Below, piece after piece: positions 60,340 through 64,000 of a DNA stretch of 64,000 nt (its first letter is position 1; each line of letters starts with the position of its first letter). Source of the stretch: Candidatus Bathyarchaeota archaeon (GTDB lineage Archaea > Thermoproteota > Bathyarchaeia > Bathyarchaeales > Bathycorpusculaceae); NCBI GenBank assembly GCA_963717465.1, contig OY970340.1:1504001-1568000 (forward strand), given 5' to 3'. A program made the translations under genes and the position numbers. The notes under the pieces are model-generated. The model made no database searches and had not been told where the DNA came from. It was given only the letters and a program-made list of their open reading frames with translations.

Positions 60340-61884
60340 ATGGAGTTAACAGTCGACATTTTATATATCACTACGGGCGGAAGCAGAATCGCCATTTTGA
60401 ACGAGAAGAACGCCAATTTACTGGGCGTTCACAGTTCAGACAGAATAAAAATAACTTATGACAGCAAAGAAATGATTGCAATCGCAAACATTTCAGCTAA
60501 ATTCCCAGTAAACCATGTCGGACTCTATGAGGAAACCGCTTCTGCCGCTGACGTAAAAAAAGGCGCAACCGTTAACGTGGAGTTAGCACAACTCCCCGAA
60601 TCGCTTATGAATGTGAGAGCAAAACTTCACGGATTACGACTTCGCGAAGAAGATATCCTGACTATCGTAAAGGACGTAGTTGAGAGGCATTTAAGCACTG
60701 TTGAAATAGCTGCTTTCTTAACAGCCCTTAGCATCCATGGTTTAAGCATCAGCGAAAATGAAGCCTTATCAAGAGCCATGGTTGCAACGGGAAAAACGAT
60801 TAGCTTTGGCGGTAAACAAATTCTTGATAAGCATAGTGTAGGCGGAATACCGGGCGACAAGACCTCAATGGTAGTCGTGCCCATTATTGCCGCCGCAGGA
60901 TTCACAATTCCCAAAACCTCATCCAGAGCGATTACTTCTCCCTCCGGCACTGCTGACCGAGTTGAAACGCTTTGCCCCGTAAACTTGGCGATTGACGAAA
61001 TAAAAAGTGTTGTTTCCAAAACAAACGGCTGCTTGGTTTGGGGAGGAGCTTTAGAATTAGCGCCAGCTGACGACTTGTTCATTCAGGTTGAATACCCCTT
61101 GGGAATCGACCCATTGCTGTTGCCTTCAATCTTAAGCAAGAAAAAAGCAATCGGCGCAACGCACGTGATTATTGATATTCCAACAGGCGTGGGCGCAAAA
61201 ATTAAGACAAGAACCGAAGCCTACACTTTAGCTTCTGACTTTATCGATTTAGGCAAACGTTTAGACTTGAACATTCAATGTGCGTTAACTTATGGTGACC
61301 AACCACTTGGAAGCACGATGGGACCTGCCCTTGAAGCTCAAGAAGCCTTGAAGGCACTTATGGGTGCAGGACCGCCGGATTTGCGAGAAAAAGCCGTAAG
61401 TCTTTCAGGTTTACTCTTGGAAATGGTTGGCGTTGAAAACGGACGAGAAAAAGCTGAAGATTTAATAGATTCTGGCAAAGCTGAAAAGAAACTTCGAGAA
61501 ATTATAGAGGCTCAAGGTGGAAACCCAAGAATTAAGCCTGATGACCTTCCAGTTGGCAAAGAAAAAGCTGAATTCAGGTCAAATTGTTCAGGAAAAGTCT
61601 TGTGGCTCAGCACTGATGACCTAGTTAGAATTGCACGCGAAGCTGGGACACCTAAAGAGAAAGGCGCAGGCATAGTACTTAAGGCAAAGCTAGGTGCAAC
61701 AGTGCACAAAGACAGCGTATTGTTCGAAATTTACGCTGAACGAAGCAGCAAGCTAACAGCGGCTTTAGAGCTTGCAAATAAATTGCAACCTATAGTTCTA
61801 AGCAAGAAACCCGAGGAAAAAATGATTTTAGATCAAGTCCCTCAAAGAGGACTTCACGAAAAAACATTCATGCTTGACAGATGA
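60340..61884 (+). CDS. AMP phosphorylase (archaeal NMP degradation)
   Basis: DKHSVGGIPGDKTS, PKTSSRAITSPSGTAD, N-terminal extension of the AMP phosphorylase type. Confidence 0.9.
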   Translation: MELTVDILYITTGGSRIAILNEKNANLLGVHSSDRIKITYDSKEMIAIANISAKFPVNHVGLYEETASAADVKKGATVNVELAQLPESLMNVRAKLHGLRLREEDILTIVKDVVERHLSTVEIAAFLTALSIHGLSISENEALSRAMVATGKTISFGGKQILDKHSVGGIPGDKTSMVVVPIIAAAGFTIPKTSSRAITSPSGTADRVETLCPVNLAIDEIKSVVSKTNGCLVWGGALELAPADDLFIQVEYPLGIDPLLLPSILSKKKAIGATHVIIDIPTGVGAKIKTRTEAYTLASDFIDLGKRLDLNIQCALTYGDQPLGSTMGPALEAQEALKALMGAGPPDLREKAVSLSGLLLEMVGVENGREKAEDLIDSGKAEKKLREIIEAQGGNPRIKPDDLPVGKEKAEFRSNCSGKVLWLSTDDLVRIAREAGTPKEKGAGIVLKAKLGATVHKDSVLFEIYAERSSKLTAALELANKLQPIVLSKKPEEKMILDQVPQRGLHEKTFMLDR

Positions 61885-61919
61885 AAAGTTTAACAAGTGA
61901 ACTTGTGCAAAGGGCTTAG

Positions 61920-62538
61920 ATGACCAACAAAAACGGACTGATGTTCCTTGTTAAAACTCAAGACTTAAAGATTCTTGTTGTTGGATCCGGAAAGATTGCT
62001 CGAAGAAAGATCTTTAAGCTCTCCGATGCAGGAGCAGATTTCACCGTTGTATCCAAAGATAAACCATCATTTACAGCCGCAAGAGTGAAGTTTGTTGTTG
62101 ATGAAGGGTTAAACTACACCAAAAAAAACATCAGTAATTTTGACATTATAGTAGCAGCGACTAACAATAAAGAAGTAAACAACAAAATTGCAGAACTCGC
62201 ATTGAAAGAAAAAACATCAATGTGGTAACCAACCCTGAAAAATGCAACATTTTCTTCCCAGCAATAATAGATTTCAAAAACTTCCAGATAGTGTAACGAC
62301 ACAAGGCAAAAGTCCGCTTATGGCAAAAATGCTCAAAAAGAAAATCCTAAAAGCAATCAAGAAAGAGGATCTTGACCAGATAAACTTTGCAATCCGAGCT
62401 AGAGAAGTTTTAAAGAGAAACAATTATGGCGCAGAAGAGATAAAAGAATTCGTTAAATCCATAGACAAATAAGCTGTAGATAAAATAACAGATGATGAAA
62501 TCCTAAAACGGGCAAACAAGCTTCGTAAAGTATTTTAA
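61920..62538 (+). CDS. Precorrin-2 dehydrogenase/SirC-Met8-like (several frameshifts)
   Basis: ILVVGSGKIARRKI, VAATNNKEVN, VTTQGKSPLMAK. Confidence 0.75.
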
Positions 62539-62575
62539 AATAACTGAAAGTTCAAGAATTAAGGGTCAGCGTTTT

Positions 62576-63952
62576 TTATCTGTGCCTGTAAGATTGGCAT
62601 GAATTAACGAATTTGCGTACTGTTTTTGGGCATGCAAGATAGAGGAGATGCGTATACATTCCCAAGGTCTCGTTATAGCGCAAGCCATCCATTGAGTTGT
62701 TGATGCCTTTTCCTCGAAGAACCTTGAACATAAAATTAGTTTCATTCAGGTTTTGTATGGCTGAGTAGTGGAACTCATGACCTTTAAGGCGGTCGCCCTG
62801 CTCAGCGATTGGATTGGCAGCTGTTGATTCGAGTAAAACGTAGCTGAGAGCTTGAGGTTTATCGCGCATCACGGCTTCACCGTTGAATACGCCGGCCATT
62901 CTCATTTTTGAACCTCCAGTTGTTATTGAATTGCACAGGTACATTAATCCGCCGCATTCGCCAATGATCGGCATGCCATTGTCAGACTTGTCTTTGACGT
63001 CCTTTCTTAAAGACGAGTTAGCTTCCAGCTGACGTGCGAAAACCTCAGGATAACCTCCCCCAATTATTAGGCCTGACGTATCATCGCCAACATTCGTATC
63101 GGATAAACTGTTTATTGTGTGCACGTTAACGCCACACTGCCGTAACGCGTCAATGTTGTCGGCGTAATAGAAAGTAAATGCTGAATCAGTGAATACTCCT
63201 ACAGTCACATTCGGTCCACTATTGTCTGGAACTTTTTCTTCTTCAGGAGCCTCCAGCGGCGGAGCAGTTTTCATTATGTTGAGAAGGCCTTCAAGATCAA
63301 ATGTTTCTTCAAGCATTAAACCAACAGATTCGATGACTCGAAGTGTCTCAGCGTTTTCCTGAACCGTGAGAAGACCTAAATGTCTCTTCGGAATCGCGAA
63401 GGACGAATCACGATATACTACGCCTAAAACAGGAATGTTAGCATAATATGAAATCGCGGATCGCAACTTGTCCTCGTGACGCTTGTCACTAACTTTGTTG
63501 AGGATTACTCCGGCTACCTGCACGTTTTTATCAAAAGCTTTTAAGCCTAAAAGGTTGGCTGCTGCACTTCTCGTGATACTTTGACAGTTCAACACAATTA
63601 TCACAGGTGCATTGAGAATCTTGGCAATGTGCGCTGTGCTTCCATGCTCATCCAGAGGCGATTCAGCCTCGTAGAGGCCTCTTACACCCTCTATTATTGC
63701 AAGATCTGCTTTTGCCGCTGACTTTATGAACGAGCGCTTAATCGTCTCTTCATTCATGATCCATGAGTCAAGATTTCTCGAGGGCACGCCTGAAGCTATC
63801 GTATGGTAGCCTGGGTCGATGTAGTCGGGTCCAACTTTAAACGGCTGAACCCTGTAACCATGCTTATTCAGCAGCCAAAGAAGAGCCGTGGTCACTAATG
63901 TTTTTCCAGCATCGCTACCGTTGGCTGATATAACTACTCTAGGAGTGCTCAA
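62576..63952 (-). CDS. cbiA: Cobyrinate a,c-diamide synthase (CbiA/CobB family)
   Basis: AGKT, FKVGPDYIDP, IEGVRGLY, RHLGL, GECGGLMYL, GHEFHYS. Confidence 0.88.
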   Translation of the reverse strand: MSTPRVVISANGSDAGKTLVTTALLWLLNKHGYRVQPFKVGPDYIDPGYHTIASGVPSRNLDSWIMNEETIKRSFIKSAAKADLAIIEGVRGLYEAESPLDEHGSTAHIAKILNAPVIIVLNCQSITRSAAANLLGLKAFDKNVQVAGVILNKVSDKRHEDKLRSAISYYANIPVLGVVYRDSSFAIPKRHLGLLTVQENAETLRVIESVGLMLEETFDLEGLLNIMKTAPPLEAPEEEKVPDNSGPNVTVGVFTDSAFTFYYADNIDALRQCGVNVHTINSLSDTNVGDDTSGLIIGGGYPEVFARQLEANSSLRKDVKDKSDNGMPIIGECGGLMYLCNSITTGGSKMRMAGVFNGEAVMRDKPQALSYVLLESTAANPIAEQGDRLKGHEFHYSAIQNLNETNFMFKVLRGKGINNSMDGLRYNETLGMYTHLLYLACPKTVRKFVNSCQSYRHR

Positions 63953-64000
63953 ACCTTAAAACCTCTAAGTCTTCATCCGAAATGAATTCCGGAACTCTTG

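Noticed and set aside
62576..63952. CfbB (F430 synthesis) implying methanogenesis
   Set aside because: No mcr or other cfb genes in the window; corrinoid synthesis is the simpler reading

Overview
AT-rich archaeal chromosomal segment. Gene content (HdrABC/MvhD, IorAB, AMP phosphorylase, NucS, aRF1, TrmB, PAS kinase, archaeal tRNAs) best fits an anaerobic archaeon such as Bathyarchaeia, which is an inference. Many genes carry single-base indels that look like long-read consensus errors. The main signal is on the minus strand at 15920-18484, where three predicted ORFs form one continuous frame encoding an 854-aa HdrA-MvhD fusion. It is interrupted only by two in-frame UGA codons (212 and 682), both at conserved Cys/selenocysteine positions, and each is followed exactly 6 nt later by a stem-loop inside the coding sequence. 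A second hdrA at the window start has Cys at the site matching UGA 212. This points to UGA recoding (Sec or another readthrough). Other notable parts are: a corrinoid methyltransferase cluster with duplicated SCP2 genes and a duplicated bidirectional promoter; a decayed ~5.8 kb island at tRNA-Cys carrying an aRF1 paralog with altered stop-recognition motifs; a BlaI/peptidase/HtrA module with a visible operator array; an aryl-acid operon whose IorA has an inserted 16-Cys ferredoxin domain; and three tRNAs (Arg, Ile, Cys).
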